64,000 bases of DNA, from positions 682,001-746,000 of the forward strand of contig OZ025783.1 in assembly GCA_964019425.1 (NCBI GenBank), read 5' to 3'. Shown here piece by piece: positions 10,401 through 23,200 of the stretch. The position numbers and the translations under genes are program-made. Source of the stretch: Flectonema sp. DT1601 (Eukaryota). How positions within the stretch are numbered: the stretch's first letter is position 1; each line of letters begins with the position of its first letter. The notes under the pieces are model-generated. The model saw only the letters and a list, made by a program, of their open reading frames with translations. It was not told the DNA's origin and ran no database searches.

Positions 10401-13400
10401 TGCTTTTATCTTGAAACCAGAAAATACCCCTTCAGAACTAAACTGCCTGTTATGTACGTTAACTGCTTGAGGAACACTCACAGTATGAATAGCCTATACA
10501 GATAACGGCATGTTCTTTTGTTTCCTTCACTTCGGGAACAATTTATCTTCAAGCATCTTGTAGTCTGAAGGGGCATGTGACACTCTAAAGTCTTGCCCGC
10601 AAACCAACAAGATAGTAGCTGCAATGAGTAACCCGACGCGATGAGAAATGTTTTTATCTACTCTGTGGTACTGCGACATGGATGATAACATACCTTTTAT
10701 GTACTTTTAGTATTCTTTGGTTACCTCATAGGTTAGCCGTGTTACGTAGGTAGCATTGTATTTTATTAAATCACCCATTTTTCTGCGTTATAATATCGCA
10801 AGTAAACTAGCGATTGGGTAATTCTCGATCTGTCTAAATTCACTGCTGTTAGAACCTTCGGGGGGGGGAGCATGTGAATTATTGTATTTAGTACTTGCGA
10901 CTGATTTTGCTGGTCTCCCCCCCTTTTTAAAAATAGGTGCACTACTGACGTATGGCCGTTCTTGTTCCTTGCTTTTGAGAGCAGTTTGAATCTTTCGGAC
11001 TTACTGTCAGAGCTGGATCAGATGCGCACAACGCAAAAGAAACAGTTTTGTGAGTGCAATTAGCGAAATGTTCATAACAACATGACTGTTCCTTATTGTT
11101 TCTCTGAGAAAGATTTAAATTGTCTGATAGACGGGAAGAGTAATGATATTTTTAACCCGAAGTCGACTCCGTGTGTCATTTGTTACGTTCAAAGTTTTTT
11201 TCCCCCTTCTATTTCTTGTTTGCAGCACTAATACAATCAAGTAACAAAGCAAAACAAACGCAAGTGCCATTTGTTACTTTATTATAGTTAATGTTAGATA
11301 ATCTTCTTCATAGCTTACAAGCTACTTTCTTTTCTTGTTGTTAAAAGGGGGGACTCTTTTTTTTTTCCTTTTTTTGTAGTGCTCGTTTTCTTCACGCTGA
11401 TTTTGTTATTTTTATTTTTATGTAATCTCTTGAAGAGGCTTATCTGTGTATTTTTTTGCATAGATACACACTTTTATTGTAATTAATCTGTTGGACTCGC
11501 TCTAACTAACTAGGGTAATAAACTCATATTCTAACTAAGAATGACAAACGTGATGAGTAGGACAGGCCTGACACCGCAGTGTCCCTTGCTGAAGAGGGCT
11601 GGGGTAAGGCGAATGCTCCGAAGAAATCTTTTTAATTTTAGCCCTAAACAAACTATTTGTTTGTTGCCTACGAATTTCTTGATTTGATTTTTTTTTGATT
11701 GACTGATAACTGTTTATACTAATCGTAAGCCTCATTCTCCTTAAATCCATACTGAGTCTTCGGAAACGGTTACGGATTGGGTCTTCCTGGTTGCTGTGAG
11801 TTACCCTCCTAAAGCACTCATAATATACAGCGACGTTGGATTAAATAACTAACTAAGTGATAGTTTGATTTAGTGCACTATCTTATATTCTAACTCACTA
11901 AATAATTAAATCCTTCTTATCTTTACTTCGATTTCATTAAATTTCAGGTAATGGGAAATCATAATCTACTCCATGTTTGATTTTTTTTTTATTTCCCTTT
12001 TCTTTTTTTTTAATATAAATAACTGTAATGGCTGTTTTTTCATCTATGTTATGCTAGGCAAGGATGGAATAAAAAGCTTAATAATTAATGTGCTTTTGAT
12101 TTCTCTATAAAATTAACTACATCCCCCTGGTTGAAGCTGACAGACTAGATCCTCTGTTGTTCAATTCAGCAACGTTTGATTAAATAACTGCTCTGATCAA
12201 CTATTGTTAATCCTTCTCTACTCTAAGCCTTGATTATAACCTATATCCGTACACCAATTGATGTATGTATGGTGTTTGTGCGAAGCTATCTATTACTGTA
12301 GACTAGTTGTATGTCTTGTTTTGGTAGCATGTCTTGAACTATATCACACCAAGTGCGAAGAAGGGGTACTCGTTATCACTTTGGACAAGTCGTTAGTCGA
12401 AGTGCCTTTTCAATATTTTCATTAAAAGGGTAACAGACCCTTTTAATGTTACTATTAGAGGTTTGCTGCTCTCCTGTGAGTCTACTAATGTGCGAGAATG
12501 TCACGCCATTCAAAAAACAAAAAACAAAAAACACACCTTTTTTTTTTTTTTTGTTGTTGTAAAATTCTTTTTTATTACTATTTTACTATTTTATACGGTT
12601 GAATGATTACACTGTATCCTTTTTTTAAAAAAAAATAATAACTTTTTGTATTTTTTTTCCCGTGTTTTTTTTTTTTTTTTTTTTTTTTTTTGTGAGCGAC
12701 TTAATGTTCTCCAGATTCTGCTCCCTACTCGATGTGACCCTTTTAATTTCAGAGATAAAATATCGAAGTAGTATGAGAAGGATTTGGGTGTTGTAAAACG
12801 AAATTAAAACTTTTTTTAACTTTTTTCCCTTCTTTTCTTGAGTCTAGATGGACGCATATTCGTAGCGTTTATTGTCTCAAGGTAATTTATTGAACAACTT
12901 TCCTATCATGATCGTCGAAGTGTCTCGCTGTGTTAGCGAGGTCAAGGCTTAAAATTCCAAAACTCGTGTTGTGTGGGCAACGTTAATAGTCAGAAGGCAA
13001 TATGTGAAAAAAAAAAAAAAAAAAAAAAAAAAAACAGCTGAACCTTTTATCTGTTGTGATTGTTTCGTTGTGCTAACCGTGGTGTAACTCTCACGGTTGT
13101 GGTATCGAATCGCTGTTACCCCTCGTGGGTTTCCCCGGAGGTTTTGACTTCAGCAACAAAAAAAAAACCTATTCTTTACTGCGCTCTAGTGTGTCATGTT
13201 GGAATTTATAAAGTAAGGTGTCTACGTCATGAATATTTTGTTTGTTTTCTTCTTTCTCCGGCCTGAATGGCAAAATTGGACAGACAGCTATCTTAGAAAC
13301 CAGTCGTTAATGCTGACTGAGATAGAAACAGTCCTCATTTGGATTGAGTCTGCTGTATTTTAAGTTCTCCTCATTATATCTCTTTTCTTATGAGCTAATG

Positions 13401-14215
13401 TGTTCAGTCTGAATAGGCAACGATTGAATATTTCTTTTTATCGTATTCACTTCGTCATCATCAACAAATGTTGTTGGATATTGCCCACCAGATTGAATAT
13501 GTTAGTAACGTGTGTCGTTGTCTGATGTGATTAGGTTCCTTTCTTACTAGATTGGAGTACACTCGTTGATGGGAAATAGATTAACGAAGTATTAGTTTCC
13601 ATGTTTCTGAGGATAGCAGTAACCGGGCTCAAAGTAGCCCAATAGCAACAGACTTAGCGCATGTGTGGCCTTACTTTTTTGTCTATCCTCAGCCTGAAAC
13701 AGTTCTCCTTTTAAACGATTAATGTCCATCGCATGTGCGTGTAACAGTTTTCTTTTCAGATCCCATAAGGATGTTATTGTTCTGTATGATTGTTTTTAAT
13801 CTCAAATGCTGGGATGTGACTGCCTTTCTTGAGACTAGGTTAACTCGCAGTTCATTTAGCGCCTTGTAGTGCTGTTATCTGATTTTTGTTTCGTTTCATC
13901 TATCTGTAAATTTCATCGGAACAATATGATTTCCTTAACTATTTCCTTTTAAAGTGAGAATCCATTAGGGGTTTCCTTTTTATTCCTCCTTCTCTTCTCT
14001 TTCTCTTATATATCTTTTTTTTTTTTTTTTTTTTTTTTTGCTCATAAATAACGATGAAAAAAAAAAGAAAAAGAAAAAGAAAGAAAAAAAAAATGATCAA
14101 GAAAAAAAAAAAAAAAACCAACAACGAGCGTATGATGTCGATCAATATGTTTATCAAAATAGATGATCACAGCTTCTGAAGTTATTTATCTTCTCAATCA
14201 GAAAATATTTTCATA
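4409..14215. other. ~9.8 kb non-coding, homopolymer-rich (poly-T/poly-A) intergenic or UTR tract
   Basis: Only short F/K/L-rich spurious ORFs derived from T/A runs. No recognisable protein, tRNA or rRNA. Confidence 0.7.
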
Positions 14216-16013
14216 ATGGGCTCTGACACAGCAGTTGATGACACGGTACTGTTGGACAAAGAAGTATCAAAGCTGTCACACCGACTTGCAGAGGCACAAA
14301 ACGAGTACATTGTAGCTCTTGAGAATCGTGACAAGGCGGATGCACAACGATTGGAAGAAGAGTTAGAAAGACTAACAGAAAAACGAGATGCATTTGCAGA
14401 AGTTAGCGCACGGAAGAAAGAAGAACACTTGAAAAGGACATTAGCAGGAGGGAGTCTCGGATTCTTAATATACGTCTCGAGATTCTCGAGGGAATTGGAG
14501 TTAGAAGAAGTGTCACACATCTCAAGGAAATCAAGTAATAATAATCGTCAGGTAGGTATTACTGGAACTCTACTTGTTAACATTGCTGGGAGTCAATTCA
14601 TTCAATATTTAGAAGGTGACATTCAAACTGTCGATTCTGTTTTTGAGCATCGAATTAAGAACTCACCCGAGCACACGGACATCATCGTCATCAGACGACA
14701 ACTTTCTGATAAGAGAAAGTTCCCCGACTGGCCAATGAGAATCATTGACATTCAGCAATACGAAGGTGAAGAGCAGCCTATTCAAACTGTACTTACAACA
14801 GTTGCAAAGTTCTGCACCATATCTTCTTCATTCCTGCAGCCTACTATTCGTTCGACTCTTGTGAGAGGAGGTAATCCTCTGTACCTTCAACCGGAACGGA
14901 GAAAAGTTATCATCATGCAGGTGTGTACTTAGTTGATATGAGGAATTTATTAATTCTCTTTGTGTTTAATAATATTAACAACCACAACCACAACAGATTG
15001 ATATGCACTCATGGAGAGAGCTTTCATCAATAAAAGATATTCCCGTAAGTGCCGTATCCGATTCTGGTAATGCTTTCTGTGAGGTAGTATCTCGGTGTGC
15101 AAGTAAACACGGAGGGATAATATTTAAATTAGGAGTCGGTTCAGTTTCGGTATATTGGTCCTTATCTGAGTTAAAATACACTAGAGACTGCATGGAAGAT
15201 CTTGTTGCTGCTTTTGCAGAGTTGCGAGCACTGTCGACATTGCCTCATAATTTGGGTTCAGATGATGCAAAAATACCACAAATTCCATTCTCGTGTCTTA
15301 CTTATCCTTGTATTGGAATCAGTAGTGGTACGGTAATCTTAACGAGAAATTGTACAGACGTTTATGTTAATATTGATTTGGCGGGACCTCCTGTGTATGA
15401 AGCCCGCTCTATGTGTGACCTCGCTATGTCAATGCATCGTCAAATTATACTAACCTCCCAGATAGCATCTTCTCTAAGTTATGCTAAGCAGTACAAGTTT
15501 GAGGAAACTTATTGTGAAGAAGTATCAGGTGACAAGTTACTTTGTTATTTATTAGTTGACGCCTCACCTGTTCAGAAAGATATAAAAAGAAGACTAACGG
15601 AACTGTGTTCTGAATTATTATTCAGAGGTGAGATAAATGGTGATAAGAAACCACTAACTGATGATGTAGAGCTGCCAGATGTTTCAAGTGATAATGTTCC
15701 TGGTAAGCAGCTTGCTTCTCATTCTAGTACAGATAGTTGTCGAGGAATTAATTTACCAAACCCACTTCAACTCATCCGTCCTTACAGTGAACGCGTTCTT
15801 CTCACTGAAGATGAACTCCGAGCTCAGTTTTCTATTTTAGACATCAATGCTAACGGATGGATTTCACGAGATGAGCTCCTTCAATTCTTTGATCAGTTCG
15901 ATGACATGGGAGTTGGTGGTCAGACCCAAAAAATGAAAGAAATGTTAAGATCTAAAAACAACATAACTTTTAATGAGTTTTGTATTATAATGCTCAAGAT
16001 GGCACAGGACTAA
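14216..16013 (+). CDS. BLUF + degenerate class III adenylyl-cyclase domain + EF-hand protein (PAC-like photoreceptor), ~573 aa, 2 exons
   Basis: Exons 14216-14920 and 14997-16013; the intron GTGTGT...CAACAG joins KVIIMQ|IDMHSW in frame. BLUF motifs: LIYVSR, NNNRQVGITGTLL, FIQYLEG, RKFPDWPM. PAC-type linker GGNPL. Cyclase-like HGGIIFK and CIGISSGTV. EF loop DINANGWISRDE. Confidence 0.88.
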
Positions 16014-16208
16014 TCTGTTTCTTTACATCGTTAGATTCAATGTTGCTGTTCCCAGTGACGTTATTTAATTTACTAATTACTTTGTTACACTACCGACGAG
16101 CTTGCGAAAAGTCGACTCAGAAAATTCATTTTTTTTTTTTTTTTTTGCTGTATTTCCCATCAGTCGTCTGGTCTTAACTCACATTATCTTTCATGCAGAA
16201 CAAGCAAC

Positions 16209-16535
16209 ATGGGTTCAGAAGTATTGTCTGAAGACTTACAAAATGAAATCCAACTTCCCTCCATTGAAAAGGAATGGAAAAGTCAGGTAGCTGAACTACA
16301 GAACAAGATGTTAAAAAACAGTTTAATATTAACCAAGTCAGAAGAAGAAGTCACTGCAATCATAACAACACTTGATGATAATGACCTTCAAGTATCAATG
16401 ACATTAGGAAGAGGTTTCATAGTGAAAGATAAAATATACGACTCGCTAAACAGTTTATTAATTAATGAATCAACGTCTGCACAAATATCTTTTGGAAATG
16501 AGCTCTCGGCAAAACTGGGAATGTTAGCTTCGTAA
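16209..16535 (+). CDS. GSKIP-domain (GSK3-beta interaction protein-like) small protein, 108 aa
   Basis: ITTLD...LQVSMT..GFIV...YDSLNSLL...S...SFGNELSAKL resembles the GSKIP/DUF727 pattern ([27 protein letters not shown]). Acceptor AG at 16197-16198. Confidence 0.65.
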   Translation: MGSEVLSEDLQNEIQLPSIEKEWKSQVAELQNKMLKNSLILTKSEEEVTAIITTLDDNDLQVSMTLGRGFIVKDKIYDSLNSLLINESTSAQISFGNELSAKLGMLAS

Positions 16536-16763
16536 ATGATAGAACCAAGAATGTGAAAACATAATTCGTAGGCTTTCCTACAAGTTGGGTCAGGACTGAG
16601 AAAAGGAAGCAATTTATCATACTCTGATCTCATTGCAGTTTGAAACAACTGTTTTCATGTGTTTCAAGGGAAGCAGTCATGTTTCGATACAGACCATTGC
16701 TATTAATTCATATTAAATTGTTTTAATTTCTTTCTCATTAATTAGGATCCCCAACATCCAGAA

Positions 16764-18654
16764 ATGGACGACAACGCGCTGCTAAAATCGGATTTTACTA
16801 TCCAACTAACTGATATCGTCGCGACGATAATAAATGAGCGACCTGCTGATGGACTCGAGTTATTCGAATCACTTGCAGTCTTTAACAAGACCGGTAAGAT
16901 GATTCCTGATCCAGATACTAGCGTCTATTTGGGAGATGATATCGCATCGAAAACATTAATAACACCTGAGCAACTCACTGACGTTACATGGGGAGTTCAA
17001 TACAATGAACAGGTCATACCAAAGGTAGTAAAGAAAAAACCCACCGGAGAGGAAGAAGATGCACCGCCAGAAGAAGAAGCTCCCCCTGAAGATAGGGGTG
17101 AGTTAACTGATATAACTGAAGAACATTTAGTGTTTAATATGCTTGGGATTGGTCTTGGTGAATCTGAAGCGTATCGACTAATGGTATCAATGAAGAGATT
17201 ACTTGATCAACAGCCTCTGAAATCAGCTCGTCTATTTGGTAGAATCTTTACTTTATCAAATTACTATTACATCGCTGAGACAGAAATCGATCCTGATCGC
17301 CAACCCGAATCGGATGATGCAGCACCCGCAGATGATGAAGAGGCTTCAGGTAAACCTCCCTCAACAATCCTAAACATTCTTCAAAATGGAAAAAGTCGCG
17401 AAGAGCCGCAACTCCCAACCGAACCTGCAGGCCAACCAGGAGCCAACAAATATAAGTACTATGTCACGACTGACTTCTGTTCCTGGAGAGCCCTTCCTGA
17501 TGTAAAGCCTTGTCACATTCAAGCAGCTCGATTAATTAAAAAGGTTTGTCAATGTTCTTTCTCTTTCCTTTTGGTGAAAATTAATTTTCTGAAGGGAAAC
17601 AATAAAAATTACAAACGAACCAAAACAGCTATTTACGGGCAACCTGTCTGCACCAATTCAGTGCCACCCACCATTTCCGGGTTTAGAAGCCGAGTACTTG
17701 CGGGCTCAAATAGCAAGGATTTCATTCGGATGCAAAGTATGTCTTACTTTATTAAAAAAAAGCTTATGAACTACTTACCTTCGTGATTCACTTTGTTTCG
17801 GGTGACAGAAACAAAACTGAAAACCCTCAACAGGTTGCACCAAAGGGAACATTCAAGCCACCAGAGGAGGAAGAAGATGAGGATGCCCCTAAAAAGGAAA
17901 CAACGAAGGTATACTTTTAGTCGTATTGTGCTACCGGTGTAGTTTTTATGAAGAAATTTCTAAAATCTAATAAATACAGAGACCACCATATGAAACTATC
18001 CCTGAGCTAACACCTGTTGATGAAGTACCCGAAGAGGACGATACTGAAGCTTGGTCAAAGGAAACCCTTGCAATGTGGGCAAGAGGTTATGAACATGATG
18101 TGTTAATGAAGATAAGTAATTGGGTTCATATCGAACCGCAGTTACTACAAACTCAAGGAAGAGCGACAGAACACAAATTCACATCTGAAGATGAAGAAGA
18201 AGGTGATCCGGAAGCAACACCTCCAGGACCAATAGAAGAAATACAACCGATCTGTAGTGGTGTTGATGAAGACGACTGTTTAGAGTTTCCGATGCATTGG
18301 CACTCAAAGAACCCAAGTTGGACGGTTAGAAAAAGTGCTACTCAACCAAGTGTTCGTGCTATGCAAGTTTTCTTGTTGAAGTCAGTAAGATGGCCAGGAG
18401 CAGTTTGTTATGCCGCTGTTCACAGTAAGAAACCTGGATCACAGTTCTGTAACTTTTATATTGGTGATGGCATGAAGTCAGATTCCGTCTCTACATTCTC
18501 ACCACCAACACCAACCGTTATGAAGCCTGTACCTGTTAAGAAGGCAATCTTACAAACAGATTTTACGGCTGATGATGAAGCGGAGTTCTCTCCTCCTCCA
18601 CCTCCACCAGTTCAAGAAAAAACGGAGGAAGAGGAAGAAGAAGAAGATGAATAA
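16764..18654 (+). CDS. RSPH4/6: Flagellar radial spoke head protein RSP4/6 family, 4 exons
   Basis: Exons 16764-17543, 17629-17736, 17834-17908, 17980-18654. Splicing restores [45 protein letters not shown]. Also [41 protein letters not shown]. Confidence 0.93.
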
Positions 18655-19162
18655 CAACTTTGTGCCGACTGATTTACACAGACAGTTCATCAACACGTCT
18701 TCATTCAAAAAGTTACGTTGCTGCCTCCGGTTATCTCCGCTAGTGATGTATTCTGATTACTATTTTATCTATTTCACAGCGAAAAACTCTCTCTTGTATT
18801 GCTGTCTTCTGATGTCCTAAAACAGGTCTCCCCATCCCAGGTAAATAACGCAACCGGACTGACTGAAAGAATTCGGGTAGTTAGCAAGATGAGGCCTCCT
18901 CTACCTCAATTGCTGTAACTCTAATAATTGGTGTATAGTTGTTTATACGACAATGCAGTAGTACTATTGGCTTTTTAATGATAATCACGTAAACTATTCT
19001 TTTTTTTATCAGGTGACCAGGCCATGCTTTCACACCGTGTATCGGTACTGAAGATCGCGTATCGAGCAAGCTTTTACCCTTATGCTCTATGTGAAATTTC
19101 TGTTCTCACCGAGCGCCCCTTCTTAGGTTAATTTAGTATCTTGTTACAGAAAGCAGTAAAAT

Positions 19163-20125
19163 ATGCCCCGTGGGTATGCATCAAAGAGGAAAGGTCTGGC
19201 TCGTGTATATATCCTCGATGAGACTTACCCAAAGCTTATAGTTCCGAGTGAGGAGGTTGATTACTCGCTACCAAATTACGTTAGTGAAATGCCATCACAT
19301 CCAATTCAAAGAAGAAGAAGACCTCAGCAAACTATTGACAGATTGACTGGATTAATACTCTCTGATAAGTTACCAGGTATAGGATCACCTGATGATATTC
19401 TTAATTTTAACAAAACAACTTCATTATCTGATTCCCTCAGTAAGATAGCAAAGAGGATGCAAGTTGGACAAAATATTGTACAGTCTCGACACTTTAAGAG
19501 ATGTCTTGCCCTTCAGTACCTCTCAGCTCTAAAACAAAAACAGCCATCAGCAACAGCAGGAGGTCAAGTAGTTAACGATGAAGTTAACTGGATACAAATG
19601 TTAGAACAGAAAACAGGTATTAAATTAAACCAACCGGCCAGCAGTGATATCGCCACGGGTGTCACTGAAGAAGAATTTGAAGATTCGATTTCAGAGAAGA
19701 ACTCATCAGTTGTTACCACAGAAGAAGTGTTATCAAGTACTTGCAGAATAAATACGGGACTAAGAACAGGTCTTCATCCATATGCAACAATAACAGTTCA
19801 CAGTGATACTGAAGAGGATCCAGTACCGATTAAGATAATGTTACCTCAAGTTTATATCGGAAGGTTCTCATCTGTTGATGAAAATCCTTCAGAAATTGAC
19901 ATCTCATCCTACTCAAAAACACCAAAATTAATATCCCGTCAGCATTTTCAAGTTGTATCAGAAGCATCTGGTCTTCGTCTTACTCCATTAGGTCTTAATA
20001 GTATAGAAGTGTCTGTTGGTGATCAAGAGACAAGATGGATATCTGCAAACACACCTCCGCTCTTAGTAACACAGAGAGCAGTGATAACAATAGCAGATGT
20101 TACAATGGTAGTCGTCCCTGGGTAG
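19163..20125 (+). CDS. Protein with C-terminal FHA domain, 320 aa
   Basis: VYIGR...IDIS...KLISRQHFQV...LGLNSIEV fits the FHA GR / SxxH / N signature. Confidence 0.75.
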   Translation: MPRGYASKRKGLARVYILDETYPKLIVPSEEVDYSLPNYVSEMPSHPIQRRRRPQQTIDRLTGLILSDKLPGIGSPDDILNFNKTTSLSDSLSKIAKRMQVGQNIVQSRHFKRCLALQYLSALKQKQPSATAGGQVVNDEVNWIQMLEQKTGIKLNQPASSDIATGVTEEEFEDSISEKNSSVVTTEEVLSSTCRINTGLRTGLHPYATITVHSDTEEDPVPIKIMLPQVYIGRFSSVDENPSEIDISSYSKTPKLISRQHFQVVSEASGLRLTPLGLNSIEVSVGDQETRWISANTPPLLVTQRAVITIADVTMVVVPG

Positions 20126-20276
20126 TTATTGTCTCTTCATAGCAGCTTTAACTTTTTAGACTAATCGCACGGGATGGATTATTATCGTTCTTACAGAAAT
20201 GAATCCCAGTAGGTTTTTTATTATTAAAATAAATCTACTTCACTTAAAGTAATTTTCACTACAGCCTGTCAGTAAT

Positions 20277-23200
20277 ATGAATGGCAGTTCGACTCCATCA
20301 CCTTGGGGGGTCTCAATTCAAGTAGTTGATATTTGGGAATATGATTTGACTGCTTTAGTAAGCAGCGCTTGCTTTAAAGACATGAGCGAATGCATAGTCG
20401 TAGTAAGCGCACCCCATTACAAAGAAGAAATAACACTTATAGGAGCAGAATGTACGAAATCACTACAATTTAAGTTCCCAAACATCGGTAGAGTCACCAT
20501 CAGAGCCTGCGCATGTTTTTCAATACCTGGACAAGACAAGGAATGGTCTCCATGGAGTCAACGAATTGTTGAATTAATGAATCCTTTACAAGTATCTCAA
20601 GGAAGAGTTCATTCTGATGCTATTAGTGTCTTGTGGGAGTCTCAAGGATCAGATAAACAGCATTATTCAAAAATAAGTCACTATTCTGTTGTCGTTGTTA
20701 AGAAACATCGGACTCTGGGAGAAGTCGTATTTAACAGAGATTTGGAATCACAAAAATCGGATTTGAATAAACTGACAATTAATGGATTACAACCAGAGTG
20801 TCACTACTGGGTAAAGGTTCGCCCTAAGAGACAGAGTACTTCTAAGGAATCAGAAACAGATCAATGGGGGGTGTACTCAGCTGATGTCCAATGCACTACA
20901 TTACATCCTGTGGTCGTTGAGTCAACTGAAGTAAGTCACGACTACATTCAAATAAAATGGCAACGAGGAATCTTCTTACACAAACCATCAAAATCCGGCG
21001 GTAAATCAGTAGTTGCTGGTCTTGTGTCGCAACCGTCTAATGATTTCCTACAAGAAAATAATATTATTCAACAATTTCAAATATCAGTTTTTCCTGTTGG
21101 GATCACTCAGTTGTCATCATCTACCAAAACACCTATCTACTCTTATTCAGCTGCATCATCTGAAGCAACGCATATCATACACAACTTGCAACCCGACAGT
21201 TTTTATTTAATTCAAACAATAACAACTAACACGGTTGGTATGCCTGGATCACCTGTGAGATATCTTTTTAAAACTGCTAAGCCGCTGACTCTCTTAAAAA
21301 TATTAAAACTTACCAGCACCACAGTAGATATCGCTTGGATTCCTCAAACTGCTGGATCATCGGATTTCGAAGCGGAGTTTAACTCGCAATTACAAAAATG
21401 CCTCTCACAACAAACTGGTCAGCGACAGCAGCTTATCGATCGCAGGATCTACGACTACGTTCTTGCGGATGTTAAAGTCATTCCGAAATATTATCAGGCA
21501 CGTGTCGTTCGTAATATGCGCGAACAACAAGTTTGTTCAACTGGTATGAGTTGTTTATTTAACTGTCGTAAAGGTAGGTCTTGAAAATCAAACTAAAAAT
21601 AACAAACAAACAGCTCCTGACGCAGATCACATAAGTCTCTCAGCCCTAACACCTAATACGGTATATTCTATTCAGCTTCGTCAGTTTGCAGTTGGTGGGT
21701 ACGCCACAAACTGGTCACCAGCTATTCAAATACAAACACTTGATGAAGTGAGGCCTTTATTAATAAGAAGAACCTCAACTACTATTGAAGTTGGTTGGAG
21801 AAGATCACAACCCGATCCAATTCAGATTACCGATGAGACTTTAAAACAAAACTATCCAGTTATCCTCGATCCTGTTCTTCCTGCTGATGATTGTAAGCAG
21901 CTATTGATTGGTATGTTTATTACAATGTTACTGTGTTGTTTATGTTATTAATAATTTAATTATAATTACCAACAGGAATCATTAATAAAGAAGAAGAAGA
22001 ACTCTTAGTACCTCACCAAGCTGGGTTATCATCAGAAGGTGATCTTCAATGGGGACACTTAGGAGCTGTTGGTAAAGCAACAGCAGATGACATCACACTC
22101 AACATTGGTGAGATTCGAAGTTATGATAAACCACTTGGAAGTACAACATTTAAGGAGTTGTTACCCGACACAGAATATCGTATTTCATTGAATGAGTTAA
22201 CAGAAGGCGCCTGGAGAGGTCGTAAAAGTGTCTTCGTCAGTACCTTAGCAGAGGATGTCGTAATCCTACCAGAACACGACGTTCTAAAAATACCAAACCA
22301 CCCAAACGATGCAAACAGCGACGTCCCCTCTTCAAAGCCAGTCACAATTCAGCCTCACAAAGTTAACACTAATCCAGTCAGTCTGCTCATTTCTATTGCA
22401 GAGATTGGAGAGCAGCACGTTGTTATCGATTGGAGTGAAAACATTTCATTCTATCCCAGCCTAGCAACAGGGGATGCTCATGAATATAAATTACGATTGA
22501 CATCATATTCTGGATCTGATAATTCTCAGTCAACATATAAAACTTTTTACATCAGATGCAAGGGTGCTCGTACCAAAATAGAAGGTTTACTCGGAATGAG
22601 GCAACATAGCGCAATGCTGTCGATGTATTGTGAATTGAGAGGGAAGTGGTCACCATATAGCAAACCGTTGAATTTTGAACCGAGTAGACAATTAGATCTT
22701 ATGGTAGTCTCTCTTAGAGATGATTGTTGTGTATTAAAATGGTGGAGGGCAGCATCTGATAATATAATGCCTTTGAACCCATCATTTCCAGTGAAGTATA
22801 ACATTCACATCACAAACATAAATCAACAATCATCATCAGTAGTAACAAAGCAATCCCCTACATCAAATTACTGCGTCACCGCATTGGAGCTAAATTCGAT
22901 TTATTTGGCATACGTTGTTCCGATATATCAAAAAAATGCTGTAGGGACTGCGTCTCACGCTGTGTACTTTTCATACCAACAAGTAAAGTTTGACATTACA
23001 TCGGTAGGTGAAAACTGCATAAGACTTTCATGGAGTAATATTGTAGAGAAAACGAAGCATAATTTCCTTAGTAAGTATATTGTTAAAGTAGACGAGTCAC
23101 CAAAGGAATCGGACTTTTCACATGCTGACATGCGAATATTCATCGAAATAGTACCGACTGAAGAGTACGGTTGTAACCTCTCACAAATTGTTCATGGATT

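Noticed and set aside
11550..11595. GTGATGA ... CTGA ... CTGA box C/D snoRNA-like motif set
   Set aside because: Only ~45 nt, no terminal stem, and no rRNA complementarity that I could verify.
13960..14120. T-run followed by A-run that could form a long hairpin upstream of the BLUF gene
   Set aside because: Pure homopolymer complementarity, common throughout this AT-rich sequence.
4453..14157. Numerous 60-95 aa ORFs in the long non-coding tract
   Set aside because: Products of poly-T/poly-A runs (F/K-rich), often with non-ATG starts, and no family motifs.
18780..19130. GC-richer island with short stems (AGGTCTC/GAGGCCT; ACCG/CGGT) between RSP4/6 and the FHA gene
   Set aside because: No tRNA, snRNA or snoRNA box pattern and no ATG-initiated ORF of meaningful length; the stems are short enough to be chance.
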